The position numbers and the translations under genes were made by a program. This document shows positions 50,163 to 64,000 of a stretch of DNA of 64,000 nt, piece by piece (the stretch's first letter is position 1; the number at the start of each line of letters is the position of its first letter). The notes beneath the pieces are model-generated. The model was given only the letters and a program-made list of their open reading frames with translations. It made no database searches and had not been told where the DNA came from. This DNA comes from Setoptus koraiensis (taxonomy: Eukaryota; Animalia; Arthropoda), in assembly GCA_048013815.1 (NCBI GenBank), contig CM106585.1:17484001-17548000 (forward strand), written 5' to 3'.

Positions 50163-53100
50163 ATGAAGATTGATCGATCAAAATCGAAAAAGAGCTCGTC
50201 GGAGGTGCCTGCCGATTGCAAGGCCCTCATAGATAAGCTCAAGTCGTGCAATGCAGATCAACTATTGGAGGAACTGAAACAAATCAAGACGTGGACCTGT
50301 GGAAAATGTGAACTATATCACTGGGTAGATGTCTTAGACATGTTCGATGAAATATTAGCCAGATGTTGTAAAAAAGAACACAAAAACCAATGGAGTTTAC
50401 CATGTGATTCGGAGCAACTTCAAGAAAAGAACAAAGAATTACTGACGCATATTATTCTATTCACTGCCCTCTTGATTGAACACAGTTTCTCTAGGCACCT
50501 ATATAATTCTATGGAACATCTAATTACATTGTTGTCATCTAGTGATATGCAAGTGGTACTTTCCGTTCTAAGTTTATTGTTTGTATTTAGTAAGAGATCC
50601 AACTTTATCGCTAAATTGAATCCTGAAAGAAAACAAGAGTTACTTACAAGATTGTCATACTTAGCTGAGGTACGTACACATTTCCAACTATCTTAAACAC
50701 AATTCTATGGCGTTTGTCGTATCTCTCGTCGACACTTATAACTAACAACAATAATTTTTTCACTAATACTTTCAATGTAGAGCTGGGGAGGTAAAGAAAA
50801 CGGTTTTGGCCTAGCCGAATGTTGCCAGGATCTCCCAACGTCAAAATACCCCACAAGTGCCACAACTTTACATTTCGAATATTATTCCGACGAACCTGCC
50901 GAAGCTAATGAACAAAGTGCAGAAAATCAAATCGAGGTTACTCCTCAGCACCAACCACCGTCACTGCCGCAGCCTCCAATAACTTCGTACAGTCAAGCTG
51001 TTATGGCAAATAGCAATCATACAACAGTGAGTTCTAACAACTCAAGTGATAACGGAAACATAGAGAAAAAATCTATAAATGTGATTCATATTGATTCTGT
51101 TGACCAGATGACAGATAAAACAGTCGCTCAGATAATGGAAGAGCTTGTAGCTAAGCACAATATACCCCAAGATAAGCAGATGCAGTTGTTCACCCATCTA
51201 CGTTTGGCTCATTCTTTCTCAGACTTTAGAAAGAGAATACAATGTGTTCAAGCTAGGCTGCAAGCATTATCTATCATTATCTACTGTGCGCCGTCTTCGG
51301 CCCAAGAAAATGTATGTCCTTTACTATACAACGGATTCATTGAGGAGTTGGTAGACATACTCCAACTCGAGAATAATCAGCACATTGATATCAAATCGGC
51401 CGCCCTCAGAACACTCACAGCTATAGTTCACCTAGATAGGAATTCGAGATTATCTACTATAATCGAGGCTACTGAAACATCATCGTATCATGGGTTCTTG
51501 CCTGTTCTTGTCAGAAACTGCATAAACTCGTTGATAAGTAATGATAATAAGTTTCCTACTCCATTCGCAACCTCGTTATTTTCATTTCTTTACCATTTGG
51601 CGAGTTATGAACGTGGCGGGGAAGCACTTGTGTCTTGTGGAATGATGGAATCACTACTCAAAATAATTAGCTGGGATGGCAAAGAACCCGAGCACATAAC
51701 CTTCGTCACCAGGTCAGTTCGTGTCATCGATCTTATTACAAATATGGACATGTCAGTTTTCCAGACTCAGTCCGGCCTCAACATTTTCGTTTCACGCCTT
51801 GAGTCAGAGGTGAAAATATGTTGTCGAGAGCTCAGCCAAGATATTCCTGATGAAATTCAATCCGGAACAGACTCTGCTCTCATGGATATTGATTCCCCAC
51901 AATCTCCCATAATGACTAGTGGTGGGTTGGCAACTGAAGACGCAAATGTTTCAGACGTCCCGATGCGAACAGTTGAAACTCAAAATCAAGTAAACAAGTA
52001 TTTACAGTGTTACCCTCAAAGAGCAGCTCTATTGAAATCGATGCTTAATTTTCTGAAGAAGGCAATACAGGACCCTACATTTTCAGATAGCATTCGACAT
52101 CTCATGGATGGGTCACTACCAAAATCATTGCGACATATGATTAGTAACGCCAACTATTATGGTCCATCGCTATTCTTACTAAGTATAGATCTAGTTGCTG
52201 TTTATGTATTCCAGGAACCCGCCTTACTATCATCACTACAAGAATCTCAGCTAACTAAGGATATCTTAGATGCGTTGCTGGAAAAACCTATACCACCAAC
52301 CAGAGAAATCTTGTCCGCCTTACCGAACATATTCACGGCTCTATGTCTCAATTCTGCCGGTCTCCAAGCTTTCCAAGCTCGTAAGCCATTTGAGAAAATT
52401 TTCAAAGTCTTGATCTCGCCTGAGTACCTTCAAGCAATGCGCCGTAGACGACAGACAGATGCGGTTAGTGACACTGCGACTAATCTGGGAAATGCAATGG
52501 ACGAGCTTATGCGCCATCAACCGAGCCTTCGTGCGGATGCAACTACAGCAATCATAAGTTTATTGAAAGAATTGTGTGAACTTGGTGACAATCCTATGTA
52601 TGTTTGTTGTAAGCCAAGCAGTCGAACGAACGAGCAAGTTTCTAACACTGGAACGAGTGATAATCGTCAATCCAACAACAACAATAACGAAGGAGTCTTT
52701 TCGGACGACGATGATGATGAAGATGAAGATTCAGCATCTCCTCCAGCGACTTCCAATTCAACTGTATCCACATTCAAGGGATCTTCCGACCAACCGCCTC
52801 CACCAGTATCTTCAGAAGTAACCAAGATCGCTATACCATTAGTTGACTATATCTTCAATGTGATGAGATTTGTCGATGCAATTCTCACTAACAACTCTAC
52901 TGACGACCATGTGCGAGAATTCCTTCGACAGGATGGACTCGAACCACTCCTAAGGATTTTGCGACTCAAAAATCTACCTATAGATTTCCCCGGTTCTCAA
53001 TCGTGTGCAGGTGTCGGTGGCGTCTGCAAGTCAATTTTAGCCTTGGCTAGAGAGCCCAAAGTCGTTCAAGAAGCTCTAAAATCACTAGAAAAAGTACTAG

Positions 53101-56100
53101 AGGAATTACAAGTTTTGCACAAGCCTTTGAATACACCTGGCGGTAGCGTTCTATTGGAAGAATTTGTCCAAGTAGCTGCAAGGCACAATACCACTGATCC
53201 TTCTCAGCTGGCAAATTTAACACCACTGTTGCATTCTATGTCTGCAGCCCATGCTTATGTTGTCATGTTTATTTACATTTGTCGCACCAGTCACTTAGAG
53301 ACTCGTAATATCTCGGTCAATCACTGGGGTAAGGATAGAGGTCTGGACGTTCTCAAATCCCTCAGTCATCTTTATACTGCTCTTGTTTGGGAGAGTACAG
53401 TACTTATAAGTATAACTTCAGCTGACCCAAACATCCACTCTAATCAAATGAGAATCGCACCGACTCAAACAGCCTCACAATTTGGCCGGGCTCAACTGGA
53501 GCGCCTTCCAACAGGCGTATCGAACGATACTGAGACCGAAGACACAACAACAGTGATAAGTGCCCCTTCAGCTGACACAAACATGGAACAAACTTCTAGT
53601 TCAAGTCAGACTGAAACCCTAACTGTTGGTACTGTTAGTATGGATGTCGATGATAACAGTAAATCGGCTGCTGAGAAAAAATCGAAAAGCAGAGCCAATA
53701 AAGTCCTAGCAGCTCAGATGAAATTGATCAAACCACTATTAAGTAATACGTCAAAACTTGGCAAAGGATTGGCGGAATTATTCACACTACTTGTCAAATT
53801 GAGTGTAGGCTCGCCAATTCGTAATAGACGTAGCAACCATACCATGCCAAGCGCTCCTTATATGCCGTCCTTGGCAGCGCAAAATGTCGCATCGGCTCTA
53901 GCCACTCTATTGTCGAATGGTCTTTCATGGGAGCCTCCATCACCTCTGCCCACACCACAATTAAGGTATGTACTAGAATTATGTGTGGCTGGTCAATCAG
54001 TTGAAATGCATTCAGGTATCTACTCTTGGACCTATCCATGGTCTAAGCTGTTCGTCCGAATGCTAGATTGTATCTGTCAAATCCAGCATCGTTGCGTCAT
54101 GTTATTCCATATTCATTGAGGCTGGCGGACTATTGGCACAATCAACTACCAGAAAATCTAACCAAATAATGCCCATGAGAGAAATGCTAATCTGTATTCT
54201 TCTTGCTCCTCTTACCCCATTTGAACAGATCTACCTTTTACATATGTTCTGTTGGATTTACTCAGACAATGCTCTTCGATGAAAGAAAATATCCGTATCA
54301 CCTTATGCTAAGAGACTTTCTTGCTTGTGGTGGTCTGGATGCATTCTTTAATACCTTTCAGTGGGTTCTCACAGAAGGGGGAACAATAAGTTTAGAACAA
54401 GGTCGAAGTAATCCGGAAATACCAGAAGGATTTTCAGAATTCTTAGAGTCATGGCTTTCTCTTCTGGAAAAGATGGTTAATCCTAAAATGATTTTAGATA
54501 CACAGCATACCATGCCCATGAAGTCCAGTTCAACCTTGGGCTATGTACCTTTTGATCCAATTCAGTATCTCATTGTTGTTCATAAGCGGGCATTCAGCTG
54601 TCTGAATGATTTGTGGGCCAAGAAACCGAAGAAATTCTACGGCGAACAAATGTCCGAACACATATTGGCGGTCCTCTGTCATCTCCTCAAAGGGGAGGCA
54701 GTCATAAATGAACATTTGAGCAAAGAAAAAGATAGTGAGAACCCTAACAGTAGTGCGTCGACGGCAGGAACAACCTCGAATCAGATATCTACACCTACTG
54801 CACAACAGCTTGCTTCCAGATCGGATGGTCAGAGGAGAAATGAGCTAGAGGACCAAGGCATCAACCCCGAGCATTTCCAACAATTAGTTGATATGGGATT
54901 CTCTCCTGAGATGGCAGTTGACGCTCTCATGCAATCACAAACTATAGAACAGGCCACTGAATATCTCCTCAGTACACCCTCTTCCACAGGAACAGCACCA
55001 TCGCGACCAAATGTAGCAGGGCAAGATGTCGATATGGCTGCTGAAGAAAACACCAGTTCAACGGCTGCCGCCGCTTCAAATAGTACTAGTAGATCACAAA
55101 CTACCTTAAGGTCGGAACAATTAAAAGAGGAGCCCCTGTCTAAGGACTGCATCGATAAATTTACGGAAAACATATTACCTGGATCTCTTAGACTTCTCGA
55201 TGAGTTACCGGGAACTGTCTACAAAATCTGTGATCTTATATTAACAGTGAATCAACGAAACGGTGAAAAATGGTGTGAAAACCTACTGGACAAACTTCTT
55301 GATGACATTATTACCAATGTCAAGACCCTCCTCAAACTTGCCGAGCCTATGCGATCCAAAGATAAGAGAAGCTTCAACGAATGGACTTCGGCACTAAAAA
55401 ATGCACCTGAAGCTGAGCGTGTGGCCGTGCGCGTCCATCTTTACTCACTACTCTTTGAAGAGTTGAAGATACCCTGTGCAAACTTGCTCTCACGAATGAA
55501 TGCTATCGACAGCCTCGTCCAGCTTTTGGAAGTCGCTCTAGATCTATTCACCTTATCTAAAGACAATTCAACGGAATCTCAATCTGACTTGGTGACCAAC
55601 GCATCTCAAACTCCTAAATGGCTCGCACCTACAATTCTTCTCATAGATCTCTACGAAAAAGGTGCAGTTGCATCTCAACGCCGAGCGCCTCTTCTGTGTT
55701 CAGGAAAGCGAACTTGGCGGTGGTTCGAAGATAGGACTGGACGTTGGATTGTTTACCAAACAGCAAATAACAAGGCTATCGATGATGCATACAAGAATGG
55801 GGAGCAAGTCGCCCATTTCATGGCTGGAAGGCGTCGATACACAGCGAATTTCAGTTCAATGTATCAAGTAAACGAAGAAAGCGGTAACATTCGACCAATT
55901 ATGCTTTCTGTTGAAGACAAAATACCACCAATGAGCGATAATTATTTGGATCCTTGCACTGAAATCTCAAAAGTTCATGTATCTTCTGACGGAAATAAGC
56001 AAGGAGAACCGAACAGTGAGAATGATGAAAAACAAGTTAAAGACGTCCAGTCAACAATAGTGCAAAGACTTCGACAACACCAATGCAAAACGTTGGTTCG

Positions 56101-59100
56101 TGTTTGTGTAGGATTTATGCAATTACCTATAGATGCCAGCTCGCTCCATGCAGTTATGCGCCTATCCTTCAGATTAACTAGAGACTATGACATGGCTGTC
56201 ATGTTTGCTGAAATGGGAGGTATCAGAGCTATCCAACATTTGCCTGAATCTTGCTTCTTCAATGGCTTCACTTCTCTTGCCACTTTGATTGTTAGACATG
56301 TTTTGGAGGAGCCTGCCGTATTAAGACAAACCATGGAAAAGGTCATAAGATCAACAGTTCAACATTGTCAGCTTAATTTGAAAGAGATGCATTATATTCT
56401 CCGTGCCCTCGGACCGGCTGCTTGTAGAAATCCAAAAGTATTCAAACAGATAGCTACTTCCGTCCTACGAATGGCGCCCTCTCCATTGAATAAGAGAGAA
56501 GAGGAAGAATCACGAAAATCCGAGGTATCTCAAATTTTGAAACTCGTCCAGCCCAAGCAAGCGGTAGAGCCAATCAAACCGTCCATCGTAACTCGTGGTG
56601 TGATTGCTGACTTATTAGATTCTCTAACTTTGACCAACAATGAAACTCAAGTAAGACCTCCACCGCAGACCCAACCCACTCAATCCTCATCAGGTCAACA
56701 GGTGACACCGATATCGGTGACCATGGCTGATTCTGATGCAAGCAATAGTCAATCTTCTCTACCTCATTTCTCTGTGAGAAACCCAGCTGCACCTAATGCT
56801 CGCGGAACCATCGAAATAACTACATGCAATAACGAAACATTGATAGTCGATGAAGGTTCCGGTTACGTCCTTAACTATTACCCAGTAAACAAATCTGCAC
56901 AACAGCAGAAACCTAGTTGCCTGATGAACCACTCTGTCGTTTTGAGGTTATTGGCAGAGTTAACTAGATCGTATAGTGTTGTGCCTAAAATTATATCCGA
57001 ACACACATACATGCCTGGAACTAATGACGTCATCACAGAAGAGACACCCGCTTTAGCATTCATCCTTGATCATATACTACCAACTACACAAACACACGGA
57101 GATAAAGATGGTCCAGCTCTGGCCCGTGTCTTCCTCGCCGCATTAGCCGCTTGCAACCATTGTGTTGAAGCTCAAACTGCTATAGTCACCGAAGTAAAAG
57201 CATCTCTAGCTAGGGCAGCAAGTATGAGTGAGAGCAATGAGAAACATACTAGAATTCAATCTCTTGCAAACATGATCAATACTATGATCGACTGTTGTCC
57301 TAGTGTAAGCTGCCCCCAGCAGCCTGGACAGCAACCCAATGCAACTGCTCTCCAGCGTGGTCTTTCAAATAACATTGTTCGTCTTTTTGTACGTAAAGGT
57401 TTGGTAACAGATCTGGCCAGATTGCCTCATTCATTGGACCTATCAGCACCAAACATGGCTCAGACAATCAATTCTATACTTAAGCCACTAGAAACTTTAT
57501 CTCGAATCGTAAATTTGCCGAGTTCCTTGGGCAACCCAAGAGCTCAAGTCGGAAAAACTAAGACAGATATCGCTGAACACGCTGTAGCAAATGCCATCGA
57601 TGAAGAGCCAGCGGTGAGTGATCAGCAGCAAAGAGAACCAGCTTCATCCGAGCAGCCATCCCATGATGTTCCAGCTGGCGCTGCGACATTAGCAACCAAT
57701 TCGAACAGTTCTGGAACAATAGACCGTGCTGACAACGCCCACCGGTCATCTTCCGATAATCAACCTGTTGGTGGTGCTACGGATGATAATGTTGTCATAG
57801 ACGCGCAAGTACATTTCGAGCTCTACAACGATTCTCCTCATCATAGATCCCATGCCGATGACATCATGACACCTATAGGCATTCGTGAAGACCAACACTT
57901 CGAAGCTATGAACGAGGATCATCAGCACTTTGAGGCAGAAGAAGTCGAACGAGGTTCCATGGCCCGTGACAATGTTGTTAACTCAAACGGCGCAGAGTCC
58001 GAAAGTGAGGAAGATTCTAGAAGCGAAGAAGATGATGAAGATGAAGATGACGAAGATAATGGGGAGGTCAGCGGCGCTGATGAAAGAGAAGAAGAAGACG
58101 AGGATGACGAAGATGAAGATGACGAGGATGAGGAAGACGATGATGATCACGCAGATGACGATGAAGATCCTGTCGATGATGAGGATGGACAGGAGGATAA
58201 CTTGAATGGTTATGGCGAAAATGCATTTGGTGATGAATACAGATTTGGCGACAACATAAGTAGTGTTCTCAGCGACATTGAAGACGTATTCCATTATCAA
58301 TCCAATGTATTCCACTACAATGATAGAATGAACAACATAATTCCTTCAATGATAGAGGATCCCTTGAACCACGATACCAACCTTCCAACCTTACCTCCTC
58401 CACCCGGTAACGTAGCATCGTCCCATCCTCTCCTTCACCGGAGGCTGGAATACAGCCCGCAGCTTACACTCAACACTAATATACCTGCAGGCCATGCAAT
58501 CATGAGCAACCGTGCTCACAGAGCAAGCAGACCTCGACTCATGAGGGGAAACCCGATAGCTGGTAGTAGTTGGCCTCCCCCAGGTGGCCCATCATTGCGG
58601 CACGCGGCAAACGCACCTCACAATATTCTTCGCCAGATCCTTGGAACAAACTCAGCTCAAGATGTAGTCACTCTCACTAGTCAAATAGCTGCACCATCTA
58701 GACTTTTTGTTGCTGACTTCCACAACTGGTTAGCTAATCCTTCGCAATATGAAGACGAATACTTTGAGACAACCGATGCCACCAACTTGGTGGCTTCGTC
58801 CAACCCGACAACATTGGCTTCAATACCTTTAGTAATGTCACGCTGGTCAGAAGAATCCCGTGTTCTTGACGGCGATTCTCTCCACGATTGTGTCACCATT
58901 GTAAAACAAGATATAATCGAAGTTCTTGAGAAATACAAAACTGAAGAGAATTTAGACCGACACGAAAAGCGCAAAAAAATGGTAGAGGATGACGAGCAAG
59001 CCATGAAGAAATACAAGGAAAAAGTTGCTCAGCAGCAACGACAACAACAATCCGTTCAGCAACAACTTATTGAATCTGGTCAGACTAACCACCAGCCATC

Positions 59101-62100
59101 CAATAGCTCTTCATATCCGGATGGCCCTTCTGACGCTGACACAAGTCTACCCACTCTGGGCACACAGCTTCAAAATCGAGTACACATCGCAAGCGAGAGT
59201 ACATCTAACCAATCAGATTCTATGAGTGATATAGAAACTCCAGTGGTTTCTGACGCGCAAGCTCATCAAGCACCTGTCGAAGCTACCCAACCAACTACAG
59301 ATAATTCCTCTGCTCCAGTTGTACTCAACGTGGAGCCAATTGATGTTTCTGTTCAACCCGCTAACGAGCCCACCAACTTGAGCGTTCCCCAAGAATCACT
59401 TCCCTCGAGCGAATCTAGAAATACCGAAGGTCAGCCGTCCTCCATTAATGTGATCAATGAGCATGAAGCAGCTCCAGCTTCCTCCGAGGCCCCTGCTAGA
59501 ACCGCCGACACAGCAACACCCCAGGCTTCTAGCTCGAGAAATGAGTATTCAGACATATTGGGAGGTAAGTTATCATGATTATTTGTTTACTTTGATTAGA
59601 CTAACCCGCTTGAAATGATGAATGGTAATTGGTTCTCTGATGTCCTACGAAACATATGCAGACCACACTTCCTCACCACTCGCAAACCTTTGTCCTGATC
59701 AAGTATGCTAGTTCATTCCTTTCTAAATTTGCAAGTACTATGACAGTAATTGACGCAATCACACTTTCTCTATTTTTCCCTAGATGTTGAAATACCTGAT
59801 GGAGTCGATCCTTCATTCTTAGCTGCATTACCTGAAAATATTCGTCAAGAGGTAATCGCTGAACAGCTGCGTCTCCAACGTATCAGACGATCGGATGCGA
59901 CCTCTGCCCAACAACCACAACCTGCAGATGCAGCTGCTGCTCCATCAACGAGTGGCGTTAGTAGTGCTTTTACTGAGGTTAATCCTGAGTTCTTAGCTGC
60001 CTTGCCAGCTAACATTCAAGAAGAAGTCCTTGCTCAACAAGCCGCTGAACAGCAACGCCTAGCGACATTGAACTCCAACCCGGATGCACCGGTTGATCCT
60101 GGGATATTCATCCAGACTTTGGCACCTAGTTTGCGACGTCAAGTTCTTACAGACATGGATGATAGCGTCTTATCGTTACTTCCAAGTGATATGGCAGCGG
60201 AAGCTCATGCCTTACGTAGAGATTTTCTAACATCGCACGTAAGTGCTAGTTCAACTCTCTCTAGGCTTCTTCGACATGCTTCAGGGCGAATGGGTCGAGC
60301 TCGTTACACTATTTCTACATCTGCTTCAGATCACCATTTCAGACACACCCATGTCCACAGACCGTGGAACTGGAGCTTCGAGTATCCTGGCAATGCACCA
60401 ATAGGACATGGCTCAGGCATAACCAGAGCTTTGACTAACGCATTCGGTGTCAATCGAGAGGCACGTTTCAAAGGTCGTCAACTTTTGGATTGTGAAGCTC
60501 TGTCCTGTTTGATCATACTGCTATTTGTCGATGAGCCAAGACTTAATATAAGTAGATTACACCGCGTACTGAGGAACCTCAGCTACCATTATCAGACTCG
60601 CCAATGGATTGTCCAATCTCTATTATCAGTCGTTGACAGGACGAAAACTTCATCAGATTCGCCAGATGGTGGAAATTTCGGCGGGAGAGGTAACAAGAAA
60701 CAAGGAAAGCAGGAAGGGAATCAATTGAACAGGTGAGTGTCTTACACAGTTCAGTCAACTTGATCCCTATGATGACAATTTCTAGCTGATAAGTTTGGAT
60801 GACCATTGATATTGTCGGCTACCGGTTGTTACTGCAGCAAGGAGATTTCTTCTTGCTGTAGTGATTCCTCTACTGTTAATATTTTTGGAATGCCAAACAT
60901 TAAGGAAGACTTTAAGATTATGAGAGCTGAGGGACAGAATTCATAGTGTTCTCTATGTCAATATTTTTAAGCATTCTCAAATCTAAAATAATCGAGTTTC
61001 CTCTCAACGTATTCATGCGCAGGTTTGGCAATAGTTCATCCTCATGGCTCTCAATTTCTATGGATGCGGCTCTTGGTTGCCGAGCCAATGTATTTATGGC
61101 CAACCGTTCAAACCAAGCTGCCCCCTGTGTTAGCAGAAGCATCATCATACATCATCAGGCGGCCCCTCTAGTCTGTCGTCATATGCTCGAAGCTATGATA
61201 GCTTTAGCCAAATCATTCCCGCACCACTTTTTCCCTCTGGCCTTTCAACCCAAGGATGAAAGTCAAAATGACGATTCTGTGTCAGGATTGATACCAGAAT
61301 TTTGGGACGTTCTCGCCAGATTAGACTCTACGAGCTCTAGCAGTAGTAGGAAAGGCAAAGGAGCTTCAAAGTCTTCTGGTACAACTACAACTTCGCTCAC
61401 CGGCCCATCTCCACAAACAACCACATCGTCAACGGAAATAACATCTCCCTTGGCTCACCTGATGGGATTCCTGTCTCATCCAGTTATTAAAAGAAGCTTC
61501 TCCCTCACAGACCGTCTGCTTCATCTATTGTCTGAGATATCAACAGCATTTCCTATGTCCTCGAGTGGACCTGGCGATGCAACTCATAATAACCGCGTTC
61601 CACCCAGAAGCAACGACCCCGATTTTGTACATCGCATTAGAGAATATGCAAGAGGTAGACGACGACCTACCGAACTACCAACTTCTCGCACGTCAATGCA
61701 CATGATCGGTGATGCCAATTCAGGCTCATCCACTGAACAACCGACCGTTCCTCCAATATCAACGGCAACTGATTCCACATCCAACTCGCAAGTCAAATCC
61801 TCTTCAGATGTCTCTCTTGCCTCAACGTCATCAGGTCCGCGTCCTGTACTCATAGGCAAACAATATCTCAAGTTGGCCGTTGATGTCCTAACATCAAAAT
61901 CCTGCTCAGAGGAAGGCCTTGATGACGTCACCTCGCTTCTTACACGCTTATCTCGAACATGTGATACTACAAGAAGCAATGTTCTGGCTCTCTTAATGGA
62001 AGGAGCAAGGGAACTTGGTATGACAGTCTGCTCCCACATACTTGCACTCAAGCAAGAATTGAAAGAATACAACCGAAAAACTTATGGGAAGCCAGCAACC

Positions 62101-64000
62101 ACCAACACTGATCCTTCGTGCTCCTCTAATATGGACACCTCTAGTACGCAAGCCTCTGCATCTTCTCAATCCAGCGATGCGACGGCAGTAAATCCATCAG
62201 TGTCGCAGAGAGGTCTAGTCCACGACAGATTTACTAATGAATCAGTCATAATCACGGCACCAACTGGAACCAAGAGCGGAAGAGAAGTACAATTACCCTC
62301 CATGGCATTGTTAACTTCTAAGAATTCGAGCCAATCATTTTTCCTAAGGATACTCAGAGTAATAATACAGTTGAGAGACCTCAAACCAAACAACACGCAA
62401 CTAGCTCAAACCTCGGCAGCCCCGTTAGAACAGGCTATCCCATCTGCCTCTACATCTGCAGAATCTCAAGAGGCCCCAGTTACAGCAACAGTTTCGATGG
62501 ATGTCGATTCGCAGAATGAAAAGACTCCTGAGGAGAACTTAAGTACAGAATTGAAATTAGAGAATCTGTGGGACACTCTCAGTAGCTGCTTACTCGAGCT
62601 AGCTGAGACACCTGATCATCATGCAGTTTTAGTGCTCCAACCAGCAGTCGAAGCCTTTTTCTTAGTTCATTCACCAAATTCCATCCGCCGAACTGGTCAA
62701 CTGGATGACTTATATAACGACCAAACAGCCCATATTGATCAAGAGATTGCTCCAGTCTCACCAGGAGATGCAACTACTCAGGCATCTGGTGATTCTCATG
62801 GTATTTCTTCTGGAAATCTTCCACAAGACACGGAAAAATTCCTGAAATTCGCTGAAACTCATCGTGTTGTACTTAATCATATTTTGCGACAATCAACTAC
62901 ACCACTCAGCGATGGCCCATTTTCTGTGCTTGTTGATCACACAAGGGTATTGGACTTTGATGTAAAGCGGCGTTACTTCAGACAAGAGTTGGAGCGTATG
63001 GATGATGGAGTACGTCGTGAGGACTTAGGTATTCATGTCCGTCGAGATAACGTTTTCGAAGAATCTTTCAGAGAGTTACATCGCCGCTCAGCAGAAGAAT
63101 GGAAGAATAGATTCTTTGTTGTGTTTGAGGACGAAGAGGGACAAGATGCTGGTGGCCTCCTCCGCGAATGGTATACTATCATTTCGAGAGAGATATTCAA
63201 CCCCATGTACGCACTGTTTTGCACATCACCTGGTGACCGAGTGACATATATGATCAATTCATCATCCCACTGCAACACCAATCACTTGACATACTTCAAA
63301 TTTGTTGGCCGTGTCATCGCCAAGGCAATCTATGATAACAAACTTTTAGATTGTTACTTTACTCGATCATTTTATAAGCACATATTAGGTAAGCTTGTAA
63401 AATACACAGATATGGAAAGTGAAGATTACTCATTCTATCAAGGATTAGTATTCTTGTTAGAGCACGACGTGAAAGAGCTCGGCTATGAACTAACATTTAG
63501 CCTAGAAGTCAGAGAATTCGGAGTGACAGAAGTTCGCGAACTAAAACCAAACGGATCCAATATACCTGTGACAGAGGAAAATAAACATGAGTATGTCAGG
63601 CTTGTGTGCCAAGAAAAAATGACGGGATCCATCAGGAAACAATTAAATGCCTTCCTCGAGGGATTCTATGAAATAATCCCGAAACGTTTGATATCTATTT
63701 TCAACGAACAAGAATTAGAGCTACTTATTTCTGGTCTGCCAAATATTGACATCGATGACCTTAAAGCTAGCACCGAGTACCACAAATATTTGCCCAACTC
63801 ACTCCAAATACAATGGTTCTGGAGAGCTTTACGATCTTTTGATCAAGCGGATCGAGCCAAATTATTGCAATTCGTAACTGGTACATCCAAAGTTCCCCTC
63901 CAAGGTTTTGCCTCTCTAGAGGGAATGAACGGAGTACAGAAATTTCAGATACATCGTGATGAGCGTTCTACTGACCGCCTTCCATCAGCCCACACCTGGT
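50163..64000 (+). CDS. HUWE1: HECT E3 ubiquitin ligase HUWE1. Exons 50163-50669, 50781-53965, 54229-59564, 59784-60732, 61023-63998; continues past the window
   Basis: Start [19 protein letters not shown]; DUF908/913 region ([15 protein letters not shown]); [12 protein letters not shown]; UBA ([11 protein letters not shown]); WWE ([11 protein letters not shown]...GRRRY); acidic tract; UBM repeats ([18 protein letters not shown]); HECT ([17 protein letters not shown]...LPSAHT). All four complete GT-AG introns keep the frame (12953 nt = 4317 codons + 2 nt). Confidence 0.96.

Noticed and set aside
63991-64000. HUWE1 catalytic HECT Cys appears to read as Trp (CAC ACC TGG)
   Set aside because: TG|GT at 63998/63999 is best read as a phase-2 splice donor splitting the Cys codon. 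The next exon is outside the window, so there is no evidence of inactivation.

Overview
Eukaryotic nuclear DNA from an animal with a very compact, intron-poor genome. An arthropod is likely, and the intron loss resembles eriophyoid-type acariform mites, but this is inferred from gene architecture only. There are no prokaryotic features. Gene order: 3' part of PHM (+), neuralized (+, 3 coding exons), DDX42 (-), ASCC3 (+), ARPC4 (-), a ~1.5-kb hairpin-rich non-coding segment, HDAC1/Rpd3 (+), three identical tRNA-Gly(GCC) genes, a ~23-kb repeat-rich gene desert holding only an intronless Hmx homeobox gene (+), an SDR16C dehydrogenase (+, 3 exons), a divergent H3/CenH3-like histone (-), and HUWE1 (+, runs off the window). 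The most notable observations are: (1) an unclassified, strongly structured ncRNA candidate at ~17.7-19.2 kb; (2) an ASCC3 whose second helicase cassette is degenerate and lacks its Sec63 domain; (3) a CenH3-like histone that keeps canonical-H3 diagnostic residues; (4) a Neuralized with only one NHR domain; (5) an unusual abundance of 7-nt-period tandem repeats in non-coding DNA. All family assignments come from motif recognition by eye; no searches were run.
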